Shown here: positions 1-9,273 of the stretch, piece after piece
Position numbering within the stretch: position 1 is the stretch's first letter
How the letters are laid out: the number at the start of each line of letters is the position of its first letter
DNA from: Acidimicrobiia bacterium
Lineage (GTDB): Bacteria; Actinomycetota; Acidimicrobiia; Spongiisociales; SHLN01
NCBI GenBank assembly: GCA_041619515.1
Contig: JBFKDW010000003.1
Span: 18,828 to 82,827 of the forward strand
DNA: 64,000 nucleotides
Reading direction: 5' to 3'
Notes under the pieces: model-generated
The model's database searches: none
What the model was told of the DNA's origin: nothing
The model's input: only the letters and a program-made list of their open reading frames with translations
Program-made: the position numbers and the translations under genes

Positions 1-1
1 C

Positions 2-898
2 GGCTCAGGCAAGTCGACGCTCCTCCGTGTGATTGCCGGCCTCGAGACGCCCGACCGGGGCTCTGTTTCGTGGGACGGAACCGACCTATCCTCCGTGCCC
101 CCTCACAACCGCAACTTCGGGCTCATGTTCCAGGACTATGCGCTGTTTCCGCATCGGGACGTGGCCGGGAACGTCGGGTTCGGGTTGCGCATGGCGGGAT
201 GGTCCCGCCCAGACATCAACCGGCGGGTCGGGGAGGTGCTGGAGCTGGTCGGTTTGGCCGGGGCCGAGCAGCGCCGCATCAACCAGCTATCCGGTGGGGA
301 GGCACAACGCGTGGCATTGGCGCGGACCCTGGCGCCTGCTCCCCGGATGGTCATGCTGGACGAGCCGCTCGGGTCACTCGATCGGTCTCTCAGCGAGCGC
401 TTGATCGTCGAGCTCGGTGAGATCTTCGCGCGGGTGGAGACAACGGTTCTGTATGTGACCCACGACCAGGAGGAAGCCTTCACGATCGCCGACCGGGTCG
501 CCGTCATGCGGGAGGGAGCGCTCGTCCAGGCGGCGACTCCCGAGCACCTGTGGGCGTCTCCTGCCGGCGTGTTCGTGTCCGATTTCCTCGGCTTCAGCAA
601 CCGCTTCGCAGCCATCGCGAAGGACGGCCGTGCCGATCTCGGATGGGCGACGGTGCCGGTCGACGTTCCCGACGGCCCCTGTCAGGTTGTGCTCCGCCCG
701 GATGCCCTGGTGGTGGACGATGCCGGAAACATCACGGTGACGGTGATCGGGTCGGTCTTTCGGGGCGACCACTATCTCGCCCGGGCAACCACCGAGTCCG
801 GATCTCAGCTGACCGTCTCGATGCCGGCCCGCCCTCGCCCCGGCGACCGCGTCCGCATCAAGCTCGACCCTGCCGGCGTGCTGGCACTCGTCGACTGA
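2..898 (+). CDS. ABC transporter ATP-binding protein, 5-prime truncated at window edge (PotA/FbpC-like importer ATPase with C-terminal TOBE-like domain)
   Basis: Frame stays open to base 2 (GSGKSTLLRVIAGLE = end of Walker A); ABC signature LSGGEAQRVALARTL; Walker B MVMLDEPL; H-loop VTHDQEEA. The track ORF 29..898 is its internal GTG-initiated remnant. Confidence 0.9.
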   Translation, partial: GSGKSTLLRVIAGLETPDRGSVSWDGTDLSSVPPHNRNFGLMFQDYALFPHRDVAGNVGFGLRMAGWSRPDINRRVGEVLELVGLAGAEQRRINQLSGGEAQRVALARTLAPAPRMVMLDEPLGSLDRSLSERLIVELGEIFARVETTVLYVTHDQEEAFTIADRVAVMREGALVQAATPEHLWASPAGVFVSDFLGFSNRFAAIAKDGRADLGWATVPVDVPDGPCQVVLRPDALVVDDAGNITVTVIGSVFRGDHYLARATTESGSQLTVSMPARPRPGDRVRIKLDPAGVLALVD

Positions 899-967
899 GC
901 GGGAACGCTGGGCTCCACCGATCGAAGCCGTGCCCGGCCCGATCCGGTGCAACGCGCCGGGTCCGGA

Positions 968-1429
968 TCAGCTCTCGGCGACCTCTTTGAGCGTGGCGAG
1001 GCCCGCTTCGAAGTCGGGACCGACCATCGCGTCCATGCTCTTGAAGATGCCCATGACCCTGGTCATGAGGGTCTTCCTACCGGTCATCGCCCACGTCACG
1101 CGTGTGCCGTCACCGTCCGGCGTCAGCTCGAGCGAAGTCGTGTTGCTCGCCTTGAACGGTTTCAAGAACTCGAGGGCCATCTCGACCTTGGAGTTCTCCT
1201 TGACGTCGGTGATCTCCATGCTGCCCTCGCCCACTTTGCGATTTCCCGCCCAGGAATACCGGGCACCGACGCCGGACTCGGCCCCGGAGTAGGTCTTCGT
1301 CATGTTGGGGTCCATCTTCTCCCAGGGCGACCAGGCCTCCATTTTGCGAAGGTCGACGATGTGGGCGTAGACCTGCTCGGGAGGTGCATCGATGGTGGCC
1401 GAACGCGAGACTGTGTATGTATCACTCAT
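968..1429 (-). CDS. SRPBCC-fold protein (polyketide cyclase/dehydrase or AHSA1-like)
   Basis: 153-aa ORF with a clean start; composition and length typical of SRPBCC/Bet-v1-fold proteins; convergent with the ABC gene. Confidence 0.7.
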   Translation of the reverse strand: MSDTYTVSRSATIDAPPEQVYAHIVDLRKMEAWSPWEKMDPNMTKTYSGAESGVGARYSWAGNRKVGEGSMEITDVKENSKVEMALEFLKPFKASNTTSLELTPDGDGTRVTWAMTGRKTLMTRVMGIFKSMDAMVGPDFEAGLATLKEVAES

Positions 1430-1480
1430 AGCGGCGAACCTAGCAACAATCGCCCGCTCTGGCGGCAGGAGAGGCGCTGC

Positions 1481-1852
1481 TCAGGCCCAGCCCAGCTCCC
1501 GCAGCCGCTCATCTGAGATCCCGAAGTGATGGCCTACCTCATGGATGACGGTGGTGGCGATCCGGTGTCGCAATCCGTCTTCTTCGTCGGTGATCCGGCA
1601 ATGCGGACCCTGGAAGATGGTGATCCGGTCCGGCATGACGGCCGTGTACGACATGGGCCCGCGCCGGGTGAGGCTCACCCCCTCGTACAGGCCCAGCAGC
1701 GTCCCGCCATGGCCGGCTTGCTGTCCCGGCGTCGGCCACTGCTGCACCACCACCGCCACGTTCTCCATGTAGCCGGCCAGCTCCTCGGGGATGGAGTCGA
1801 GCGCCTCACCGACCAGTTCTTCGAATCGCTCGCGAGAAACCTCGATCGCCAT
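1481..1852 (-). CDS. zinc-dependent metallopeptidase family protein (zincin-like, HExxH)
   Basis: HEVGHHFG (HExxH) zinc-binding motif in a 123-aa protein; the architecture of small actinobacterial metallopeptidase-family proteins. Confidence 0.75.
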   Translation of the reverse strand: MAIEVSRERFEELVGEALDSIPEELAGYMENVAVVVQQWPTPGQQAGHGGTLLGLYEGVSLTRRGPMSYTAVMPDRITIFQGPHCRITDEEDGLRHRIATTVIHEVGHHFGISDERLRELGWA

Positions 1853-1976
1853 GCTGTCAGGCTATGGCGCGCCGCCGACTGCGGGTCAGAAACCGTCTGC
1901 CATCGGGGCGACTATCTTGCGCCGACCGGTAGCATCCCGCCGGACCGCCTACCGACCCCACCGAGGAACTCCCGTT

Positions 1977-3083
1977 ATGCCACCTGAGGACTTGCTTACT
2001 CCTGTCGTGCTTCCCGCCGACACCGAAACGCCGGCGATGCCGGGCTCTTTGGATGCGCCCGGTGCGGGGCCGCCGCTCGATCCGGCTTCCCTGCCTGCCG
2101 GGCCCGACGACGAGCAGCAGCCGCGCCGGTGGCGCCTTCGCCGCGCCGTGATTGTGGTCCTGGCGTCGCTGGCCGTCGGATCGCTTCTCTGGGCATTGCT
2201 GTCGGTGTTCCTGCTCTCCAACGCCATCGAGCGAATTCCCGCCTCCGAGCTGCCCAGCCTGGACGCCCCCGGGGCGGGGCCGACCAACTACCTGCTGGTG
2301 GGAACCGACAGCCGGGAAGACCTCCCCGCAGAACTGGGCAACTTCTTCGGTGACTTCGGAGGCGAACGGGCTGATGTCATCATGCTGTTCCATGTTCACG
2401 ACGGCCGTCTCCAGATGGTCAGCCTCCCCCGCGACCTGCGGGTCGACATCCCAGGGCGCGGCGCCGACCGAATCAACGCCGCTTACGCCTACGGCGGGCC
2501 CGACCTGCTGGTGGCGACGGTCAAGGACGCGACGGGTCTCCCCATCCACCACTATCTCGAGGTCCGCTTCGGCGACTTCGCAGGGGTGGTAGACGCCCTC
2601 GGCGGGGTTCCGATCGAGTTCGCTCATGACGCCCGCGACGCCAAGTCCGGGCTGGCGGTAACGGCCGGAACGAAGAAGCTGGACGGAGCTCAGGCCGTCT
2701 CCTACGTGCGCTCTCGTGAATACCAGGAGTTGATCGACGGCACGTGGGTGGCCCTGGACCAGGGTGATATCGCACGCACCGCCCGTCAGCAACAGGTTGT
2801 GGACGAGCTCATGGCGTCACTCACACGCCCCACCCGGTTCCCGTCACTGCCGTTCGTAGCCGGTTCGCTCGGAAACAGCCTGCGCTCCGACGAAGGCCTG
2901 TCGACCGGCGCCTTGCTCAGGCTGGGCTGGTCCGTGGTGAGGGCCGGCGAGACAGAAACAGGGACGCTGCCCTCCCGCAACGCTCCGTCCAACGGCGTGG
3001 CCTATCTGGCGGCGGTCGAGCCCGACGCCTCCAACTTACTGGCAGCCTTCGCCACGGGGAGCTCCCTGGTCGCCGCCGAGTAG
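1977..3083 (+). CDS. LCP family (LytR-CpsA-Psr) cell-envelope phosphotransferase
   Basis: Core LCP block YLLVGTDSRED...ADVIMLFHV...VSLPRDL...RINAAYAYGGP. Start moved from the track ORF (1791) to an in-frame ATG at 1977 (MPPEDLL) to avoid overlap with the preceding minus-strand gene. N-terminal Pro-rich region, then a TM helix. Confidence 0.85.
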   Translation: MPPEDLLTPVVLPADTETPAMPGSLDAPGAGPPLDPASLPAGPDDEQQPRRWRLRRAVIVVLASLAVGSLLWALLSVFLLSNAIERIPASELPSLDAPGAGPTNYLLVGTDSREDLPAELGNFFGDFGGERADVIMLFHVHDGRLQMVSLPRDLRVDIPGRGADRINAAYAYGGPDLLVATVKDATGLPIHHYLEVRFGDFAGVVDALGGVPIEFAHDARDAKSGLAVTAGTKKLDGAQAVSYVRSREYQELIDGTWVALDQGDIARTARQQQVVDELMASLTRPTRFPSLPFVAGSLGNSLRSDEGLSTGALLRLGWSVVRAGETETGTLPSRNAPSNGVAYLAAVEPDASNLLAAFATGSSLVAAE

Positions 3084-3166
3084 GTGGGCACCCGCCGGCG
3101 GGTGGAGGATCATCCGAAGCGAGGCGGTTCGGGTAGCAAGAGACGCAACCTCGGTACGGTTGTGCT

Positions 3167-4171
3167 GTGACGATGCTCCCGAACCGCCGGGTCACGCTCG
3201 TGGAGCGCGGCCGAACCTGGGCCCGCGACGGCTACTCACTGGCCAAGGACACGGTGGTAGACACCCTGGAGGACCGCCTTCCCGGCCTGGCAGCCGAGGT
3301 GGCCTTCTACCTCGTCCTGTCGCTCCCCTCCTTGTTGCTGGTGGCACTCGGTCTGCTCGGGTACGTGGGAGACATCGGAGGGGCAGGAACGGTGGCCGAT
3401 ATCAAGGATCAGCTCCTCGGCTGGGCCGACAACATCTTCTCGGCTTCCACCATCGAAGAGACGGTCGAGCCGGCCGTCGACAGCCTCCTCAGGCGGGGCC
3501 GGGCCGACGTGCTCACATTCGGCGGGCTCATAGCACTCTGGTCCGGATCACGAGCCGCCCGCGTGATCGTCGACGCCGTCACCATCGCCTACGACCTCGA
3601 AGATCATCGGGACTTTCGGCGCAAGACCCTCGTGGGGCTGTGGCTGACGGTGGCCGGGATCCTGTCCATGACCGTGCTGATTCCCTTGCTGGTGGTAGGT
3701 CCCCGCTTCGGGGCGAATCTGGCCGACAACTTCGGGCTCGAATCGGCCTTCGAGACCATCTGGGCAGTCATGTATTGGCCGGTGGTGGCATCAGTCGGCG
3801 TCGTCCTGCTCACATGGGTCCTCCACATTGCCCCGCCCCATTCCACCCCGTGGCGCCGGGACGTGCCCGGCGCAGTCCTGGCGCTCGTGACATGGGCCCT
3901 CGGAAGCCTCGGCCTGCGCATCTACACGACCAGTTTCCTCGAAGCGAACTCGGCCTTCAGTCTCTTCACGGCCCCGCTGGCGGTGCTGCTGTGGCTCTAC
4001 GTGTCGGCGATTGCCGTGCTGCTCGGAGCCGAGCTCAACGCCGAGATCGAGAAGCGCTGGCCACACGCCCCGCCCGCCGAAGCAGCGACCGGCGTGACCG
4101 GAGCGGGAGCTGCGGACGCCGGAACCGCAACCGGCCGCCCGGCGGGCTCCGCCGGCGATCGCCGACCGTAG
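3167..4171 (+). CDS. YihY/BrkB (virulence factor BrkB/RNase BN-like) family inner-membrane protein
   Basis: 334 aa with multiple TM helices (VAFYLVLSLPSLLLVALGLLGYV, LVGLWLTVAGILSMTVLIPLLVV and others). Family-typical N-terminus, with a C-terminal Ala/Gly-rich tail. Confidence 0.8.
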   Translation: MTMLPNRRVTLVERGRTWARDGYSLAKDTVVDTLEDRLPGLAAEVAFYLVLSLPSLLLVALGLLGYVGDIGGAGTVADIKDQLLGWADNIFSASTIEETVEPAVDSLLRRGRADVLTFGGLIALWSGSRAARVIVDAVTIAYDLEDHRDFRRKTLVGLWLTVAGILSMTVLIPLLVVGPRFGANLADNFGLESAFETIWAVMYWPVVASVGVVLLTWVLHIAPPHSTPWRRDVPGAVLALVTWALGSLGLRIYTTSFLEANSAFSLFTAPLAVLLWLYVSAIAVLLGAELNAEIEKRWPHAPPAEAATGVTGAGAADAGTATGRPAGSAGDRRP

Positions 4172-4690
4172 CCGGACTGGCGCCTGCTCGCCGCCGGGCG
4201 ACCGTTGCCGGCCTGCTACACCTTTGTGTGCTCCCTGGTAGCTGCTCGTTCGACGGTTCGCACAGAGGTTGGAGCGATTGTCCTCCGCTCCGACCACCAG
4301 GCGAGCCCGAATGCAGCCAACGACACGAACCCACCCATGAACAGGTCCAGATGATCGATGTGAAGTCGACGGGTTTGAGCGTGTCGTAGTTGTCCAGGTT
4401 GTACTCGAAATTGGTCACGAGGCCATCGAAACGGCCCAGTGCCTCCGGCAGCGTGGACAGGGCGGTGGCGGTGGCCGGGAAGTTCGCTCCGAGGAAGCTC
4501 GTCGCCACTCATTCCCAGCTGTGCGGCCAGTGCGGGGAGCATCTCGGTTTGCATCTGCGTGCCCATCGCCGACACCGTGCCGAGGGCCTCCCCGGCCTGG
4601 GCGACCAACTCGGCGGTGTAGATCGGCTCGAGATTCTCGTTGAGTTGATCGGCGTCGGCCGACCAGGGCCGAATGGCCTAACGAACAGGC
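4035..4690 (-). pseudogene. possible frameshifted gene remnant (two overlapping minus-strand ORFs in different frames)
   Basis: ORFs 4216..4608 and 4035..4508 read as consecutive parts of one protein if a single frameshift near 4500 is assumed (...AMGTQMQTEMLPALAAQLGMS / ATSFLGANFPATATALSTLPEALGRFDGLVTNFEYNLDNYDTLKPVDFTSI...). The upstream frame closes at a TAG at 4690. No family assignment possible. Confidence 0.2.
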
Positions 4691-4728
4691 GGATGAGCCG
4701 ACACTCTGGGTCTCGTGACGGAGATGCC

Positions 4729-4760
4729 AGAAGGCCCGGGGTCGGCACCCCGGGCCTTCT
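4729..4760 (-). terminator. intrinsic-terminator-like hairpin downstream of pspA (13-bp perfect stem agaaggcccgggg / ccccgggccttct, 6-nt loop)
   Basis: Perfect 13-bp inverted repeat read directly from the sequence, 16 nt past the pspA stop (4776). No U-tract, as is common in high-GC genomes. Confidence 0.5.
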
Positions 4761-4775
4761 CTAGGTCGTGGCCGA

Positions 4776-5498
4776 CTAGGTAGTGAGGCCGAGCTCGGCT
4801 TTGAGCTCGTCCAGCTTCTCGTCTGCCTTGGCGAGCGAGACGGCCTCCCGCAGCTCCATCTCGGACCCCTCCGGGGTCGCCTCTCGCAGCTCGGCGTGGG
4901 CCATGGCTTCTGACTTGCGCTTCTCGATCTTCTCTTCGACTCGGGCCAGGCTGGGCACCTCGTCGTCGAGCGTTTCGGTCATGGCGTTTACCGCCTTGTT
5001 GACCGATTCCTGCATCTTGGCCTGCTGGAGCGCACCCAACAGCTCGAGGCGCCTGGCAGCCAGCTCCTGCAGGCGCATCGCGTTCTGGCTGACGGCCGAC
5101 TTGGCTTTCTCGGCTTGATCCATCGCAGTCTCATACTGCTTCTTGAGGCTGTCGAGGTTCGACTCGGATGCCTGCAGGCGCATCGCCAGCGACTGGGCCG
5201 AGCGAGTCCATTTCTCGGCTTCCTCCACGTTGCCGGCCGTCCGGGCTTCTTCGGCCTTCAGCAGGGCCTTTTTGGCAAGCTCTCGCGCCGAGCCCACGTT
5301 GTCTGCCGCGTCCTCGATCTTGGATTCGAGCTGGACTCGATGGGCCACAACTTTGGCCGCCTGATTCCGCAGCTCCTGGTCGCGCTTGCGTGCCTCCGAG
5401 ATCGCCTGCTCGATCTCGATCTCGGGGTCCATCGCTTTCTCAGCCGTGCTCTTGAACAGCTGCTTGATATAGCCCCAAAGGCGCTTCATGAAACCCAT
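4776..5498 (-). CDS. pspA: PspA/IM30 family protein (phage shock protein A / Vipp1-like membrane stress protein)
   Basis: 240-aa all-helical coiled-coil protein; N-terminal amphipathic MGFMKRLWGYIKQLF; characteristic PspA heptad-rich body (EIEQAISEARKRDQELRNQAAKVVAHRVQLESKIEDAADNVGSARELAKKAL...). Confidence 0.9.
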   Translation of the reverse strand: MGFMKRLWGYIKQLFKSTAEKAMDPEIEIEQAISEARKRDQELRNQAAKVVAHRVQLESKIEDAADNVGSARELAKKALLKAEEARTAGNVEEAEKWTRSAQSLAMRLQASESNLDSLKKQYETAMDQAEKAKSAVSQNAMRLQELAARRLELLGALQQAKMQESVNKAVNAMTETLDDEVPSLARVEEKIEKRKSEAMAHAELREATPEGSEMELREAVSLAKADEKLDELKAELGLTT

Positions 5499-5561
5499 TA
5501 CCTACACTCCATCCTCTCGGTCAGCTCATCATAGGGACGACTCAGGGGTCGAGCACGCCCG

Positions 5562-6863
5562 TCACCGGCGCCGCAGGCCCCGACGAGAGATCGAGCCCCC
5601 TCCGGCCTTGCGCCCGCGCGGGGTGCGGATGAGGCCGCGCCGGGCGGGACGCTTGGTAACCGGGACCTCGCGGCTGCGCGTATACCGACGGTTGCGGCGG
5701 GAATGTGGCGCCGCCCGGCCGACTCCCCCGAAACCTCCTGAAGCCGCCATGCCTCCCATGATGACTTCGAACATGTCCATGGTTCCGAATCCGCCGCCGC
5801 CATAGCTCTTGGGGGCCATCGGGGCGGGAATGGGACGGCCACCAACACTGATCTGACGGGGTTGGGGCTGCTGGCCGCGCAGCAGCCTCTGGGCATCTTC
5901 GGGACACACCTTGACCTCGCGATCTCCGGCACCGGTGCGCAGCACGGCGGTCTCGGTGGCGGGCGGGTGGGCAGGATCGAAGAAGCAGGTGGCGCGTTCG
6001 GCAACGGGTTCCGGCGGCACTTCTCTCCCGTCGCGCAGCGCTACCGCCGCCTGCAGCTGCCAGCGAGCCCGGTCGAGCGAGTCGGAGATGCTCTCGAGCT
6101 GCTGCAAGGTGGTGGTGCGGTCGTAGAGGTCGAGCGCATCGGCATACGCCTGGGAAGCCGCCTGCAAGTGCTCGGCAGCTTTGCGGTCCTCGGACACACT
6201 GATGGCATCGGTCTCCTCGAGGATGAGGTTGGCGATCTCGTCGAGCTGGTGCTTGATCTCGACCCGAGCCTCGGAGATGTCTTCGACCTTTCTCTGCTTT
6301 TCGGCCTTGGACTGGCGGCGAACCAGCACCACCACCACCAGTACCAGCCCGCCCACGATGAAGACCAGAGCCCACGGGAACCCGCCCCCGTTCCCTCCGG
6401 CGTCTCCCGCTCCCCCGGTGGCTATTCCCGGAACGAGGTTGTCGGCGAACAATGTGAAACCGTCGTTGACGTTGGTGCTGAACAAGTCGAGCGAGTCCTG
6501 TCCGGCCGCGGTGAGCTCTCCGATCGTGAACTCGGTCGAGTCGAATCCCAGTGCCGCCGGGCTCAGCACCACTACGGTGGATCCGACCGAGAACTGGTCG
6601 ACGATGGCACTTGCCAGGGCGTTGGCTCCCCCGCTGGGATCTTCGGCCAGCACAACCGCCACGAAGTTGTAGCCGCGGTCTTGCATCAAGCCGGCCAGCT
6701 CGATGAGCCCCTCCTCGCTGACCGGCTCCGAGCCCGGCTCAACGTAGTACCCCTGCACGGCGACGGCCTCGGCGATCTCGGCTGGAGTCTGGGCAACGGC
6801 GGGTGCTGCGGTGCCGGCGACGGCCAGTATGGCGAGAATGAACGGGACGAGGGCTCTGCGCAT
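5562..6863 (-). CDS. hypothetical bitopic membrane protein (signal peptide, extracytoplasmic domain, TM, cytoplasmic coiled coil, Cys pair, Gly/Arg-rich tail); co-oriented 64 nt upstream of pspA
   Basis: Signal peptide MRRALVPFILAILAVAGTAAPAVAQ; TM helix WALVFIVGGLVLVVVVLV followed by RRQSKAEKQRK; long helical segment; CFFDP...VKVCPED; Gly-rich GGGGFGTMDMFEVIMGGMAASGGFGGVG; Arg-rich C-terminus. The antisense ORF 5862..6884 is rejected. Confidence 0.6.
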   Translation of the reverse strand: MRRALVPFILAILAVAGTAAPAVAQTPAEIAEAVAVQGYYVEPGSEPVSEEGLIELAGLMQDRGYNFVAVVLAEDPSGGANALASAIVDQFSVGSTVVVLSPAALGFDSTEFTIGELTAAGQDSLDLFSTNVNDGFTLFADNLVPGIATGGAGDAGGNGGGFPWALVFIVGGLVLVVVVLVRRQSKAEKQRKVEDISEARVEIKHQLDEIANLILEETDAISVSEDRKAAEHLQAASQAYADALDLYDRTTTLQQLESISDSLDRARWQLQAAVALRDGREVPPEPVAERATCFFDPAHPPATETAVLRTGAGDREVKVCPEDAQRLLRGQQPQPRQISVGGRPIPAPMAPKSYGGGGFGTMDMFEVIMGGMAASGGFGGVGRAAPHSRRNRRYTRSREVPVTKRPARRGLIRTPRGRKAGGGSISRRGLRRR

Positions 6864-6993
6864 GCCGGCCCTAGGTTACGGTAACCTGCCGGCATCCACC
6901 ACCATCACCGGCGCCCCCGGCAAACAGCGTCAGCTTGGGTGGGCGGTCCCTGAACACGGTGGGCCGGCTCTTGGTACGAAGGAGAAACAGCGG

Positions 6994-7641
6994 ATGGGCC
7001 GCCGAATGCTCCACGTCCTTCGCGCCAACCTCGGCGTGGCGGGGACAGGTGCGGTTGTTGCGATGCTGGCGCTGGCCGTCTCGGCGCTCATCGGGCTGCC
7101 TCCTCTGTTCATGGCCGGATTGCTGGTGGCGCTTGGGCTAACCACCTGGGCGATCTATCGCCGCCGCACTCGGACGCTCGACCCGCGTCCGATGCGCGCC
7201 CCGGGGCGCGTGGTCGCCACCAGCAGCCTGGCAGCACTCGTCGTCGTGTTCCTCGCAGCCCAGGCGGTGCCGTACGGCCGGGACCATTCCAACCCGCCGG
7301 TCACCGGCGAGCCGGACTGGGCAACCCCCCAGACCCGTGAGCTGATGGTGCGAGCCTGCTTCGACTGCCACAGCAACCAGGTGGTGTGGCCGTGGTACTC
7401 GACGGTGGCGCCGGTCTCATGGGCACTCGCCAAGCATGTGGATGATGGCCGCAGCCGGGTCAACTACCAGGAGTGGGACCGGCCGCAGCGCAAGGCCGAC
7501 GAGTCCTGGCGTGAGGTCGAGAACGGTTCGATGCCGCCTGCGTACTACACCCTGGGCGGCCTGCATGGGCAGGCCAGGCTGTCGCCCGCCGAGCTGTCGG
7601 CCCTGCTCGACGGCCTCCAGGACACACCCGGCCTGTCGTAG
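6994..7641 (+). CDS. heme-binding-domain (Haem_bd-like) membrane protein
   Basis: CFDCHSNQVVWPWYSTVAPVSWALAKHVDDGRSRVNYQEW matches the conserved core of the haem-binding domain family. Start placed at the ATG at 6994 (MGRRMLHVL), preceded by ggagaaacagcgg, rather than the overlapping track start 6811. Two TM helices. Confidence 0.65.
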   Translation: MGRRMLHVLRANLGVAGTGAVVAMLALAVSALIGLPPLFMAGLLVALGLTTWAIYRRRTRTLDPRPMRAPGRVVATSSLAALVVVFLAAQAVPYGRDHSNPPVTGEPDWATPQTRELMVRACFDCHSNQVVWPWYSTVAPVSWALAKHVDDGRSRVNYQEWDRPQRKADESWREVENGSMPPAYYTLGGLHGQARLSPAELSALLDGLQDTPGLS

Positions 7642-7671
7642 CGGTGCCGTCGCCTCGCAGCGGCCCGACGC

Positions 7672-8493
7672 CTAGTCACTCTGCCGGGCGGCCGCTTCTC
7701 CCATCTCGCGGGAGCGCTGGGCGGCTGCTCTGACGGCATCCTCGATCGCCGCCCGGAAGCCACTCTCTTCGAGCACGTGCACGGCCGCCGCCGTCGTACC
7801 CCCCGGCGAGGTGACCTGCGCTCGCAGCTTGATCGGGCTCAGCTCGGTCTCCGCCAGCAAGGCTCCGGTGCCTTTGAGCGTCTGATCAACCAGCAGCTGG
7901 GCTGCATGACGCGGCAAGCCCTCACGAATGGCAGCATCGGTGAGGGCTTCGGCCAGCAGATAGACGTAGGCGGGGCCGGTGCCGGACACGGCGGTCACGG
8001 CGTCCATCAATGATTCTTCGAGCATGACCGTCTTGCCGATCGCCTCCATGACCGAGGCAACTTCCTTGAGAGCCTCCTCCGTCACGTGCGTTCCGGGGGC
8101 GTAGGCCGTAATGGCCTCGTCGACCAATGCCGGCGTATTCGGCATCGCCCGCACCACCGCCGCCTGTCCGAGCGACTTCTCAAAGACGGAGATCGGCACG
8201 CCGGCGGCCAGTGACAGCACCACCTGGCCGGACTCCAACGCACCCCGGATCTGTCCCAGCAAGGTTGGGACGTCTTTCGGCTTGACGGCTATGACAATCA
8301 CTTTCTTGCCGGCGGCGGCGGCAACCGGGTCGAGGTGACAGGCAACTGCCAGCCGCTCTGCCAGCTCGGCACAGCGCTCCTCCCTGCGGGCGGCCAATGC
8401 CAGGTCGGCGGGCGACCATCCGGCCCGCAGCAGCCCACCGGCGAGGATCTCGCCCAGCGCGCCTGCCCCGAGAATGGCAACCGTTGGTTTCAT
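7672..8493 (-). CDS. proC: pyrroline-5-carboxylate reductase
   Basis: N-terminal Rossmann VAILGAGALGEILAGGL; P5CR C-terminal dimerisation-domain motifs (SPGGTTAAAVHVLEESGFRAAIEDAVRAA); 273 aa. Confidence 0.9.
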   Translation of the reverse strand: MKPTVAILGAGALGEILAGGLLRAGWSPADLALAARREERCAELAERLAVACHLDPVAAAAGKKVIVIAVKPKDVPTLLGQIRGALESGQVVLSLAAGVPISVFEKSLGQAAVVRAMPNTPALVDEAITAYAPGTHVTEEALKEVASVMEAIGKTVMLEESLMDAVTAVSGTGPAYVYLLAEALTDAAIREGLPRHAAQLLVDQTLKGTGALLAETELSPIKLRAQVTSPGGTTAAAVHVLEESGFRAAIEDAVRAAAQRSREMGEAAARQSD

Positions 8494-8633
8494 GGCGCCA
8501 GTATCGCAGGCCGAATCGTTCAGGTGCCGATGGCGGTGACGGGGGTGGGTGAGTCGGTAGTGGTGTCGTTTCCGAGTTGGCCACCCGGGCCGGTTCCGGC
8601 CGATTGGCCTGCCCGGCGTCGTAGCCTTGTTCC

Positions 8634-9257
8634 ATGGGCTACCGACTTCCCATCTTCCCGCTCTCGAACGTCGTGTTCCCGTACATGCTCCTCCCGCTCC
8701 ACATATTCGAGGAGCGCTACCGGGCCCTGATGGTCGACCTGCAAGCGCATGACGAGCCCGAGTTCGGAGTGGTGCTCATCCAGCGCGGATGGGAGGTGGG
8801 GGGTGGCGAGGAACGCGCCGACCTCGGCACGGTGGTGCGGCTGCTCGACGCCGAGGAGATCGAAGGCGGCCGCTGGGTGGCAGTAACCGCCGGGACCCGT
8901 CGCATTCGGGTCACCAAGTGGCTGCCAGACGATCCTTATCCGATGGCGATTGTCGAGGACATCAAGGACCTCGAGGTGAGCGACGAGGGCGAAACGCTCC
9001 GCGACACCGTCTTTCAGCTCGTCCGCAAGGTTGCCGCCTTGCAGGCAGAGCTGGGCGAGCCGGGGGCGCCCATCGACTTCGACCTGGCTGCGGACCCGGC
9101 CATCGCCTCGTATCAGGCGTGTGCCCTCTCACCGATCGGCCCGCTCGACGCCCACCGCCTCCTGGTGATCGACGACCCGACGCGGCGCTTGTGGGAGCTG
9201 GCCGAGATGCTGCGCGATCAGATCGACTATCTCGAACTGCAACTGGCCGCCGGCTGA
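8634..9257 (+). CDS. LON substrate-binding (LonN) domain-only protein
   Basis: LPIFPLSNVVFPYMLLPLHIFEERYRALM is the canonical LonN-domain start; 207 aa with no AAA or protease domain. Confidence 0.8.
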   Translation: MGYRLPIFPLSNVVFPYMLLPLHIFEERYRALMVDLQAHDEPEFGVVLIQRGWEVGGGEERADLGTVVRLLDAEEIEGGRWVAVTAGTRRIRVTKWLPDDPYPMAIVEDIKDLEVSDEGETLRDTVFQLVRKVAALQAELGEPGAPIDFDLAADPAIASYQACALSPIGPLDAHRLLVIDDPTRRLWELAEMLRDQIDYLELQLAAG

Positions 9258-9273
9258 CCCGGCGAGTCGCGCC

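Noticed and set aside
5862-6884. 340-aa plus-strand ORF overlapping the 433-aa minus-strand membrane protein gene
   Set aside because: Antisense to a gene with a coherent signal peptide, TM helix and coiled-coil organisation. The plus-strand translation is Gly/Arg-rich low-complexity sequence typical of GC-rich antisense frames.
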